Assembly (NCBI GenBank): GCA_946409645.1
Contig: CAMJXE010000004.1
Coordinates: 11,420-75,419, forward strand
From: an uncultured Bacteroidales bacterium
GTDB taxonomy: Bacteria > Bacteroidota > Bacteroidia > Bacteroidales > WCHB1-69
DNA length: 64,000 nt
Direction of reading: 5' to 3'
Positions 18,800-27,414 of the stretch are shown here, piece by piece. The first letter of the stretch is position 1. The number at the start of each line of letters is the position of its first letter. The translations under genes and the position numbers were made by a program. The notes under the pieces are model-generated. The model ran no database searches, was not told the DNA's origin, and was given only the letters and a program-made list of their open reading frames with translations.

Positions 18800-21094
18800 A
18801 TGAAGAAATTTACTCTATTAGCATCGTTACTGATGTTCGTAATGTTGAGCTACGCGGTGAACGTAATCCCCGTAGAAGATGCTATGCAAGCATCCAAGAA
18901 CTTCCTCACCGAGCGTGTTGGAGCCACAAAAGCCAATCAACTTAACCTTGTGCTGGCTGAAACGGAATATTCCGAAGACGGCACTCCTGTCACCTATCGT
19001 TTTGATGTTGGTGATAAAGGTTATATCATTGTTTCCGCTACAGATTTAGCTAATCCTGTTTTGGCTTTCTCTTTGGAAAGCAATTACAAAAAAGGCATCG
19101 GTGCTGATTTATTCATGGAACGTTATGCCAAGGAAATGGCTTATTTGATGAGCAATCCTTCTGCTGCTCTTCCTGTTCGTAATTCCTGGAACCACTATTT
19201 AGCTTCCGACTTCACCCCTTATTCCCGTGCCAAAGGTGCCCCTTGCGTAGAGCCGTTGATTACCACGAAATGGGATCAAGGTCTGTATTATAACGCCATG
19301 TGTCCCACTAACCCGGGAGTCGGTTACTCTATGGATGGTCGCTCATACGTGGGTTGTGTGGCTTTGACAATGGCCAACATCCTTAATTACTATCGCTATC
19401 CTGACCACGGTTACGGCTCAGTCTATTATATTCCTCGTGAATATGACGACGATGGCAATTTGATTTACACCTACCCCGCTCAATATGTCAACTATGGTAG
19501 TGCCTCCTACGATTACGATGCCATTGCAAACAGTCTGGACAAATACGACGGTATGTTGGCTAAATTATTGTACCATTGTGGTGTCGCCGTACGTATGAGC
19601 TATGGATCTGACGGATCCGGTTCCCAATCCCAATATGCTATGGAAGCTCTGCAAGACCGCTATTTCTTCAATGATAATGCTCAATTTAAGTCCATCGAAG
19701 ATGTCACTGGCGGCACTGATACATTGTTATACCTTTGGGTGAACATTGCCAAGGAAGAGCTGGATCAATATCGTCCGTTGTTCTTCTCCGGTCAAAGCCA
19801 AACCGCAGGCGGTCACGCTTGGATTGTGGACGGCTACATCACCATTAACAATGCTGTCTATTTCCACGTCAACTGGGGATGGGGTGGCAGTGGCAACGGT
19901 TACTTCCTCATCAACAACCAAGTTTCTCAAAGCTTCGGCAACTTCAACTATAATAACTCCAACTCTATGATGACAAAACTGATGCCCGACAGTGCTCAAA
20001 TCGCTAAACCCGCTGAGAGCTCCAAACGCGTTACTGCAGCCTTCGGTACTATCAGCGACGGTGCCGGCAACATGAAATATGCCCAAAACTCCAACCGCAG
20101 ATGGGTGGTCTCCTGCCCGAACGCTTCTTCTTATAGATTCCAATTCTCCAAACTCAAAGTCAAACAAGGCGATAAGGTCAAAATCTATAACGGCGGCACT
20201 GAGGCTTCTGGCGTGAAGAAAGAATACTCTGGCAGCTATCTGATGGCTGCGTGCAACGACTATTCAAGCCTTGGCGATGCCATCCATGCAGACTATGAAG
20301 GTGAAGCTCTGCCCGCTGCCCTCACGGTGAACGCCGACAGCGTATTGATTGTTTTCACCTCCACAGCTAACTCCGCAACTGACTACGGTTTCGTTCTCGA
20401 CTACGAAGCAACCCTCAACAACTCTAACAAGTGTTCGAACAAGACCTACACCGATCAAACAGCTGTCATCACCGACAAGGCTAACAACGCCACTGACGAT
20501 GATGAATATCGCGCTTCTGTTATCTGCGAACACACCTTGAATTTGCAATTCTGCGACAAACTCGTCTGCGCTTTCCAAAAATTCGATTTGAAAGAAGGTG
20601 ACTTTATCGATATCTATACGCAATCCGCCGTCAACAGCAACAGTAGAACTATGGTAGCTCATTTTGACTGCGATCATCCTGCCACTGTCGGTGAAGTTTT
20701 CAACTTCAATACCAACCTCTTCAACGTGGCGGGCAACCCCATTGGAAGATACATCATCCGTTTTGCTTCTGACAACAAGGATCAAGGTAGCGGTTTCGAG
20801 TTGACATACTTCGGTATCCAAACTGGCCTCAATAATTTGGAAAATGTCAATGTCAGCCTTTATCCGAATCCTGCAACCACTTTCATGAATATCAAAGTGA
20901 ATGCTGAGGAAGCACAGCAATTCAGTGCTAAAGTAGTGGATATGATGGGCAAAACCGTTTATGTTGATCAATTCGATCACAACGGTGGCACAAGCCTTTA
21001 TCAAATTCCTGTGGACAATTTGGCTAAAGGCGTTTACTTCCTCCATTTGAACAACAGCAACGGCAGCACCGTTCAAAAATTCATTGTGGAATAA
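18800..21094 (+). CDS. Peptidase C10 (streptopain family) with prodomain, two CUB-like domains and T9SS C-terminal domain
   Basis: Signal peptide; GCVA (Cys), GHAWIVDGY (His), HVNWGWGG (Asn); YPNPA...KGVYFL...KFIVE CTD. Confidence 0.9.
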   Translation: MKKFTLLASLLMFVMLSYAVNVIPVEDAMQASKNFLTERVGATKANQLNLVLAETEYSEDGTPVTYRFDVGDKGYIIVSATDLANPVLAFSLESNYKKGIGADLFMERYAKEMAYLMSNPSAALPVRNSWNHYLASDFTPYSRAKGAPCVEPLITTKWDQGLYYNAMCPTNPGVGYSMDGRSYVGCVALTMANILNYYRYPDHGYGSVYYIPREYDDDGNLIYTYPAQYVNYGSASYDYDAIANSLDKYDGMLAKLLYHCGVAVRMSYGSDGSGSQSQYAMEALQDRYFFNDNAQFKSIEDVTGGTDTLLYLWVNIAKEELDQYRPLFFSGQSQTAGGHAWIVDGYITINNAVYFHVNWGWGGSGNGYFLINNQVSQSFGNFNYNNSNSMMTKLMPDSAQIAKPAESSKRVTAAFGTISDGAGNMKYAQNSNRRWVVSCPNASSYRFQFSKLKVKQGDKVKIYNGGTEASGVKKEYSGSYLMAACNDYSSLGDAIHADYEGEALPAALTVNADSVLIVFTSTANSATDYGFVLDYEATLNNSNKCSNKTYTDQTAVITDKANNATDDDEYRASVICEHTLNLQFCDKLVCAFQKFDLKEGDFIDIYTQSAVNSNSRTMVAHFDCDHPATVGEVFNFNTNLFNVAGNPIGRYIIRFASDNKDQGSGFELTYFGIQTGLNNLENVNVSLYPNPATTFMNIKVNAEEAQQFSAKVVDMMGKTVYVDQFDHNGGTSLYQIPVDNLAKGVYFLHLNNSNGSTVQKFIVE

Positions 21095-21114
21095 TCTATA
21101 CAATATATATATAT

Positions 21115-21143
21115 AGGCGGCCTGAAAAGACCGCCTTTTTTTT
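21115..21143 (+). terminator. Intrinsic terminator of the C10 protease gene
   Basis: aggcgg-cctgaaaaga-ccgcct followed by a T tract. Confidence 0.8.
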
Positions 21144-21221
21144 GTGCGTATTCGGAATTTATGTACATTTGCAAACGAGTTTAAGATAATATCAAAATAT
21201 TAATAATCAATACTTTACAAA

Positions 21222-22919
21222 ATGAAACAGTTAATCGAATGTGTTCCTAATTTCAGTGAAGGCAGAAACCAAGACATCATCAACCAAGTGGCCGACGTGA
21301 TTCGTCAGGCAGAAGGCGTGACATTGCTGGATGTGGATCCCGGCGCCACCACCAACCGCACAGTCGTCACCTTCGTGGGCGAACCGCATTATGTGGTCGA
21401 TGCCGCCGTCAAGCTCATCGCCAAGTGCCAAGAACTCATTGACATGCGCAACCACCACGGCGACCATCCGCGCTTCGGTGCCACCGACGTGTGTCCGCTT
21501 GTGCCCATCGCCAACATCACGATGGAAGAGACCGTGGAATATGCCCGCCAGCTGGCTGAAAGAGTCGGCAAGGAGCTGAACATCCCCGTCTATTGCTACG
21601 AGAACGCCGCGTTCAAGCCCGAGCGCCGCAACCTCGCCAACTGCCGCCAGGGTGAGTACGAAGCCCTAAAGGAGCGCATCACTTCCAAGGAGTGGAAGCC
21701 CGACTTCGGCCCCAACAAGTTCACGGAGAGCGTCGCCAAGAGCGGAGCCACGGCCGTGGGCGCCCGCGACTTCCTCATCGCCGTCAACTACAACCTCAAC
21801 ACCACCTCCACGCGCCGCGCCAACGCCATCGCCTTCGACGTGCGCGAAAAGGGCCGTCCGAAACGCGAGGGCAACAAGATCACCGGCAAGAAAGTGCTCG
21901 ACGAGAACGGCAACGTGGTGATGATTCCCGGCACGCTTAAGGGCACCAAGGCCATCGGCTGGTACATTGAGGAATACGGCATCGCCCAAGTCTCGATGAA
22001 CATCACCGACATCAACGCCACCCCGCTACACGTCGCCTTCGATGAGGTGACCGCCAAGGCCGCCAAGCGCGGTATCCGCGTCACCGGCGCCGAAATCGTG
22101 GGTCTCATCCCCAAGAAAGTGCTCATCCAAGCCGGCAAATACTACCTCGCCAAACAGAAACGCTCCCTCGGCATCGACGAGAAGGAGATGGTGAAGATTG
22201 CCGTGAAATCGATGGGTTTGGACGACCTCAAACCCTTCAACCCCGAAGAGAAAGTCATCGAGTATCTGCTTGAGAAAGAGGATACTACGCCAAAGTTGGT
22301 CAATATGACCTGCACCGGTTTCGCCAACGAGACGGCCTCCGAAAGTCCGGCTCCCGGCGGCGGCTCCATCTCCGCCTATATGGGCTCCCTTGGCGCCGCC
22401 CTCGGCACGATGGTCGCCAACCTCTCCTCCCACAAACCCGGCTGGGACGACAAGTGGGCATATTTCTCCGAATGGGCCGAAAAGGGTCAGTTGGTGAAAG
22501 ATCAGCTGCTTGCTCTCGTGGATGAGGACACCAATGCCTTCAACGTGATTATGAACGCGTTCGGAATGCCGAAGGGCACGCCCGAAGAGAAGGAAGCCCG
22601 TTCGCAGGCCATCCAGGACGCCACCAAATACGCCACCGAAGTGCCGATGCGCACCATCGAGACCTCCTTCAAGGTGTTCGAGATCTGCGAAGCGATGATC
22701 AACAAGGGCAACCCCGCCAGCGTCTCTGACGCCGGTGTCGGCGTGCTTTGCGCCCGCGCGGCCGTCCACGGCGCCTACCTCAACGTCAAAATCAACGCCT
22801 CCTCGCTGAAAGACAAGGAGTGGGCCGAGATGATGATCAACAAGGCGCACGACTACGTGGTCAAGGCCGACCAAATCGAACGCCGCCTGATGAAGAAGAC
22901 GGAGAAGGTGATCGGATAG
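21222..22919 (+). CDS. ftcD: Glutamate formimidoyltransferase / formiminotetrahydrofolate cyclodeaminase (fused FTCD)
   Basis: ECVPNFSEGR, HPRFGATDVCP, GARDFLIA(V)N; cyclodeaminase PAPGGGS and SDAGVG. Confidence 0.95.
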   Translation: MKQLIECVPNFSEGRNQDIINQVADVIRQAEGVTLLDVDPGATTNRTVVTFVGEPHYVVDAAVKLIAKCQELIDMRNHHGDHPRFGATDVCPLVPIANITMEETVEYARQLAERVGKELNIPVYCYENAAFKPERRNLANCRQGEYEALKERITSKEWKPDFGPNKFTESVAKSGATAVGARDFLIAVNYNLNTTSTRRANAIAFDVREKGRPKREGNKITGKKVLDENGNVVMIPGTLKGTKAIGWYIEEYGIAQVSMNITDINATPLHVAFDEVTAKAAKRGIRVTGAEIVGLIPKKVLIQAGKYYLAKQKRSLGIDEKEMVKIAVKSMGLDDLKPFNPEEKVIEYLLEKEDTTPKLVNMTCTGFANETASESPAPGGGSISAYMGSLGAALGTMVANLSSHKPGWDDKWAYFSEWAEKGQLVKDQLLALVDEDTNAFNVIMNAFGMPKGTPEEKEARSQAIQDATKYATEVPMRTIETSFKVFEICEAMINKGNPASVSDAGVGVLCARAAVHGAYLNVKINASSLKDKEWAEMMINKAHDYVVKADQIERRLMKKTEKVIG

Positions 22920-22929
22920 TAGAGACATT

Positions 22930-22959
22930 TGTAGAGACGCGCCATGGCGCGTCTCTACA
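22930..22959. repeat. Perfect 30-bp palindrome, GTAG-type REP-like
   Basis: tgtagagacgcgccatggcgcgtctctaca is its own reverse complement; preceded by a half-site gtagagac at 22919-22926. Confidence 0.95.
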
Positions 22960-22974
22960 GAACCGTTAAAATAA

Positions 22975-23026
22975 AAAATGCCGCTGTGGAAATGCGCTTT
23001 GGCGCGGATTCACAGCGGCGTTTTTC
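22975..23026 (+). terminator. Probable terminator after ftcD
   Basis: aaaaatgccgctgtg...cacagcggcgttttt. Confidence 0.7.
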
Positions 23027-23084
23027 TATTCACTGCTCACTATTCCATGAAAAAAGTATTTTTGCAAACTTTAATATTCATTCT

Positions 23085-23810
23085 ATGCGCAAACTCTTTT
23101 TATTAGCAATCTATTTGTTCTATTCCTGCCAAACTCTTTTATGTCAGGAGCGTGACTATCATTTGGACAAGGACAACATGTCGTTTTTCAAGGAGGCAGA
23201 ATTGGTGGTGGAGGGGCGTTTTTTGAAGCCCTTGCACGCCTACGCGGTGAAAGATGCTGACGGCAAGGAGCATTATTACGGCATTTGCCCCGTTATTGCC
23301 TACCGTGTCTTCAAAGGCAATGCCAAACCTGGTGACACCATATATGTGACAAGAGAGGGGGAGTCATTAGGAGGAGCAATAGCTTCTCCATACGATGATA
23401 CCCGCGGATATGTTAATGAAGCGGGAATTCATATTATTGAAGATGTCTTATATGTAGCTCCCGTAATAGCACGATCGAAAAACGTTCATCATATTCTCGA
23501 TCACTTTCGGACAGATTGTGTAATGTTCTTCAAAACATCCACATATCCCAAGACAAATGGCACTCGATATGACACTTTAACACAATATCAATACCTATAT
23601 CCTTTTGTTTTCTATGACGAGGGAACAAAATTGTACGTCTCGGAGGGTAAGTTCGCAGGTTTGAATGACACCCTGTTTAATTCCCGGCGTGAATTGTATG
23701 ATTTTATGATTAAAGCCGGGGGATATGACCTGTCTGTTATCCAACCTGATACCTCTCAAACTCCATCCGCGAAGAAAGGAGTAATGGTCAAAAAGTTTGT
23801 GAAACAATAG
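23085..23810 (+). CDS. Hypothetical secreted protein
   Basis: MRKLFLLAIYLF signal-like start after promoter TATTTTTG (23057); no family recognised. Confidence 0.65.
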   Translation: MRKLFLLAIYLFYSCQTLLCQERDYHLDKDNMSFFKEAELVVEGRFLKPLHAYAVKDADGKEHYYGICPVIAYRVFKGNAKPGDTIYVTREGESLGGAIASPYDDTRGYVNEAGIHIIEDVLYVAPVIARSKNVHHILDHFRTDCVMFFKTSTYPKTNGTRYDTLTQYQYLYPFVFYDEGTKLYVSEGKFAGLNDTLFNSRRELYDFMIKAGGYDLSVIQPDTSQTPSAKKGVMVKKFVKQ

Positions 23811-23945
23811 CATTTTCTTACGGAATCATCATATCTGGTTCGGACGAGCACTGCCTCAAAGACATACAGCTTTGTTTAAGTTTTTTTCTGTCTACGTATA
23901 TTCGTAATTTATGTACACTTGCCGCTATTCTTAAAAACCGATTTT

Positions 23946-24641
23946 ATGAAGCGCCTTTTCTATAGCATTTTTTTCACAATAATTCTCTTCTTTATTCCCA
24001 TAGAAGTTTCGGCTTCTGCCATTGCTGTTGAAGTTCATGACACCATATACAAACCTGGAAACATCTTTATATTCGAAGCAAAAATTGACTCCGTTTCTAA
24101 GAACACACACCATTCCTGCTATATTGTCATGCGTGTTTTGGACAAGGAAATGTATCATCAAGGGGTGATCACGTATGACTATTACGACTCTCTGCCTGAT
24201 GATCTCGCAGCATTGGATTCGACCTCTTCGATTGACCAAACCGGTTTCATTGAGACTACGGAGATTTTGGAAAACAGCAAACTTTTGTGGATTCATCCCC
24301 CGAGAACGCACGGTTTTGGTCTTCTCCAATATTATCCTTTTCCTGAAATACGCTATCCCGTTAAAATCGGGAAAAAATACAAGCGTTCCTTCCTTTCATT
24401 CAATGATCCCCTATGCCAATGCACCTTGCTCTTGCGGTACAAAATGCAATATTTGTCTTATTCCCAATGGAAATACCAGAACCGACTTGTAGAGATTTGC
24501 GAACAAAGCGGTTTTGCAAAGTCAAAAAGAGGTTCATTCTCTGTCACTTATCGATATAACGAACGGTTAGGGCTTGTGGAGGCGATTTACGATTACAATA
24601 ATGAAGTTCGGATACGTTTGTCTTTGATTAATGTGTTATAG
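23946..24641 (+). CDS. Hypothetical secreted protein
   Basis: MKRLFYSIFF...ASA signal peptide; WIHPPR...PFP motif; family not named. Confidence 0.7.
   Translation: MKRLFYSIFFTIILFFIPIEVSASAIAVEVHDTIYKPGNIFIFEAKIDSVSKNTHHSCYIVMRVLDKEMYHQGVITYDYYDSLPDDLAALDSTSSIDQTGFIETTEILENSKLLWIHPPRTHGFGLLQYYPFPEIRYPVKIGKKYKRSFLSFNDPLCQCTLLLRYKMQYLSYSQWKYQNRLVEICEQSGFAKSKRGSFSVTYRYNERLGLVEAIYDYNNEVRIRLSLINVL
24561..24631 (+). repeat. 71-bp direct repeat, copy 1
   Basis: 61/71 identical to 25256-25326; encodes the C-terminus of the 23946 ORF. Confidence 0.9.
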
Positions 24642-24741
24642 CAGATAAACAGTAGCGTGTCTTCAGCACGACGCGGCCAGAAAGGATCGTTTGGGATTTG
24701 AAAAAAGTGTATTTTTGCCGATGCTATTTTAAAACTTCATT

Positions 24742-24957
24742 ATGAAAAAGAAACCATATCAAACAAAAGAAAAAACAGTGTCTTGTGTAGAGGAAGCGGC
24801 GGTTGCTTACGGTCAGCAAATCATTAATGGAAACGATAGTGTTTCGACAGAGTGTCTATCCTTTGATACTGCACCTTGCAAGTCAAATCGATTGACCGTT
24901 TCGGAATATTTTGATGAAATCAGAACCGTACTGAGAAAAAAGTATGAGAACGTATAA
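24742..24957 (+). CDS. Putative antitoxin
   Basis: 71 aa with VEEAAVAYG motif, overlaps the toxin start by 14 nt, own promoter box at 24710. Confidence 0.7.
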   Translation: MKKKPYQTKEKTVSCVEEAAVAYGQQIINGNDSVSTECLSFDTAPCKSNRLTVSEYFDEIRTVLRKKYENV

Positions 24958-25252
24958 AGTTGAAGTGGATCCATCTGCAAGGGCTGATATTGAAGTACTT
25001 ACATCCTGGCTACAAGCGAGAATGACACTTGAAGGTGCAGAAAAGTATTTGGATGCCATGTTTAACGAAATATTATCGCTCTCTGTTTTCGCCGGTTTTT
25101 ACAAACCGAGCCAATACGCTGACATTCGTCGCTATCACCCAAAAGCATGTCGCATGGTGTCCCATAACAAAAAGTGGGTTTATATATTTCATATTGAAGA
25201 GGAAACGGTTGTTGTAAATCGTTTAAGACCAGCACGGTTAATAACAAAATAG
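24944..25252 (+). CDS. ParE/RelE-family toxin
   Basis: YKVEVDPSARADIE...L...I.SL..F; WVYIFHIEEETVVVNRL; 102 aa. Confidence 0.8.
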   Translation: MRTYKVEVDPSARADIEVLTSWLQARMTLEGAEKYLDAMFNEILSLSVFAGFYKPSQYADIRRYHPKACRMVSHNKKWVYIFHIEEETVVVNRLRPARLITK

Positions 25253-25255
25253 TGT

Positions 25256-25360
25256 GAACGATTAGGGCTGTTGGAGGTTATTTATGACTACAATAATGTT
25301 GTTCGGATACGATTGTCTTTGATTAAAACATTTATTCCAAAGCCGAAGAAAGATGGGTGA
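25256..25360 (+). pseudogene. 3' remnant of a paralog of the 23946 gene (contains direct repeat copy 2)
   Basis: Reads ERLGLLEVIYDYNNVVRIRLSLIKTFIPKPKKDG* versus ERLGLVEAIYDYNNEVRIRLSLINVL*. Confidence 0.75.
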
Positions 25361-25401
25361 TGGTGGAAAGCGACTTCGGCGGGATATAAAACGCACCCCA
25401 G

Positions 25402-25452
25402 CTTCAATAACCAATAACCTATAACCTATAACCATTAAAATTGTATCTTTGC
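25402..25452 (+). repeat. 51-bp direct repeat with ATAACC(T/C) heptamers and -7 promoter box, copy 1
   Basis: 49/51 identical to 27415-27465; ends in TATCTTTGC. Confidence 0.92.
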
Positions 25453-25475
25453 ACTCTCTAAAAATCGGTCGGAAT

Positions 25476-27023
25476 ATGAAAATACTACCCATAGGAATAC
25501 AGACTTTTGAGAAAATACGTTCAAACGAATATGCGTACGTGGACAAAACAGTCCTCCTTACCCAGTTGGCTAAAGGGGGATATTACTTCCTGTCGCGTCC
25601 TCGCAGGTTCGGCAAAAGCCTCTTGCTCTCCACGCTGAAAGCCTACTTCCAAGGCAAGCGGGAGCTGTTCGAAGGTTTGGCCATCGCCGAATTAGAGAAA
25701 GATTGGAAGAGCTACCCCGTATTGTATTTAGACTTGAACACTGGGAATTACAACTCCGCAGGGGCTTTGGAGGAGCGCCTTGGCTATATTCTTTCCGAAT
25801 GGGAGGAGGAATTTGCCATTGTTCCGGAAAAGACTCAGTCTGTGGCCACAAGATTTCAGGTGGTGATTAAGCATGCGACGAAAACCACGGGACAACAGGT
25901 GGTCATCTTGGTGGACGAGTACGACAAGCCACTGCTGCAAGCCATTGACAACGAACCGCTGCTGACGGAGTTCCGCAACATCCTCAAGGGTTTCTATTCC
26001 AACCTCAAGACCTGCGACGAACACATCCGCTTCGCCTTCCTCACCGGTGTGACCAAGTTCTCGCACGTCAGCATCTTCAGCGACCTGAACAACCTGCAGG
26101 ACATCTCGCTCAACAATGCATACGCGGACATTTGCGGCTTCACCGAGGAGGAAATCCGGCAGACTTTCGCCCCTTATATACAGAAATTCGCGAAACAGGA
26201 GCAGGTGGATGAGGATGCGATAATGGGAAAGTTGAAGGCCAGGTACGACGGCTACCACTTCTCGCCGGATATGTCAAAAGATGTCTATAACCCATTCAGT
26301 GTGCTGAATGCGCTGAGCAGCTGCCAGTTGCAAAACTACTGGTTCTCCACCGGCACCCCGACGTTCTTGGTCAAATTGCTGAAAGACGGGCAGTATAAGA
26401 TTCAGGATCTTTCGGAAGGGGACATTACAGCCACCGACCTTTCCGGTAAGGACTCCCTTTTCACCGAGCCTGTGGCGTTGTTGTATCAGACGGGTTATCT
26501 GACGATTAAGGGCTTCGACAAGGATTTTGACAGCTACAGTCTCGGATTCCCCAACAAAGAGGTGGAGTTGAGTTTCCTGCGTTTCCTGCTGCCGAAATAT
26601 GTGGGCGGCACGGAAAACCGGTCGAGTTTCTACATCGAGCATTTCGTGCGCGACCTGCGGAAGGGCGATATCGACAGTTTTATGGAGCGGATGACGGCCT
26701 TCCTCGGCGACACCCCCTACGAGATGATCCGCGACTGCGAGAACCACTTCCAGAACGTGCTGTTCACCGTCTGCCGGCTGATGGGTTACCACACCATTGC
26801 CGAATACCGCACCTCACGCGGGCGCATCGACATGGTGGTGAAGACCGACAACTACACCTACGTCTTCGAGTTCAAATTCGACAAATCGGCGCAAGAGGCA
26901 CTGCAACAGATTGACACCAAAGAGTATATGATTCCTTTCACCGCCGACGGCCGCCAAATCGTCAAGATCGGGGTGAACTTCTCGAAAGAGACAAGGAACA
27001 TCGAGGGCTGGGAAGTGCGGTAA
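25476..27023 (+). CDS. AAA-ATPase-like protein with C-terminal PD-(D/E)XK nuclease domain
   Basis: LPIGIQTFEKIR, SRPRRFGKSL, LVDEYDKP, GRIDMVV...VFEFK...ALQQI..K.Y. Confidence 0.93.
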   Translation: MKILPIGIQTFEKIRSNEYAYVDKTVLLTQLAKGGYYFLSRPRRFGKSLLLSTLKAYFQGKRELFEGLAIAELEKDWKSYPVLYLDLNTGNYNSAGALEERLGYILSEWEEEFAIVPEKTQSVATRFQVVIKHATKTTGQQVVILVDEYDKPLLQAIDNEPLLTEFRNILKGFYSNLKTCDEHIRFAFLTGVTKFSHVSIFSDLNNLQDISLNNAYADICGFTEEEIRQTFAPYIQKFAKQEQVDEDAIMGKLKARYDGYHFSPDMSKDVYNPFSVLNALSSCQLQNYWFSTGTPTFLVKLLKDGQYKIQDLSEGDITATDLSGKDSLFTEPVALLYQTGYLTIKGFDKDFDSYSLGFPNKEVELSFLRFLLPKYVGGTENRSSFYIEHFVRDLRKGDIDSFMERMTAFLGDTPYEMIRDCENHFQNVLFTVCRLMGYHTIAEYRTSRGRIDMVVKTDNYTYVFEFKFDKSAQEALQQIDTKEYMIPFTADGRQIVKIGVNFSKETRNIEGWEVR

Positions 27024-27141
27024 AATTGTACTTTCTGCCGGGAATATTCATTAAAACCGACTTCATAAAACACCTGTTCCACAGCATTTTCCTGTTGGCC
27101 AGCCTTCGTCTTGGCAAGTTCCAGACATAGAAGGGAGTAAG

Positions 27142-27301
27142 CAAGTATTTGGCAAGGCTCAAGCAAGGCTCAGGCAAGGGGTTGTACCCTCATTTCTTCG
27201 ATAGTTCTTCGATAGTTCTTCGATGAATTATCGAAGAACTATCGAACAAGTATCGAACAACGAAGGACTCTGACACTTGGTTGACCCTTGCCAAATACTT
27301 G
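27142..27301. repeat. 160-bp nested inverted-repeat element (MITE-like)
   Basis: 16-bp perfect terminal inverted repeats caagtatttggcaagg/ccttgccaaatacttg; internal 11-mer arrays in opposite orientation. Confidence 0.8.
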
Positions 27302-27414
27302 GGAAGAGCGATGCAGATACGAAACAAACCGTATCGTATAAAATATAAAGAACATTTGATAACTTTGCAGCGTCATATTCCAGATTTTGCCTAACAATCT
27401 CACAGCCAATCCAA

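Noticed and set aside
22026-22928. 300-aa antisense ORF opposite ftcD, and similar long shadows (8256-9161, 10611-11456, 28811-29737, 53662-54462, 3918-4664)
   Set aside because: They lie opposite or across well-conserved genes, show no recognisable motifs, and are expected from codon bias that depletes stops on the other strand.
22944-23084. Extended start of the hypothetical ORF at the ATG in the centre of the REP palindrome
   Set aside because: It would run through a terminator hairpin and the promoter box at 23057. The signal peptide begins at 23085.
27194-27262. CRISPR array
   Set aside because: The units are 11 bp, contiguous and without spacers, and no cas genes are present.
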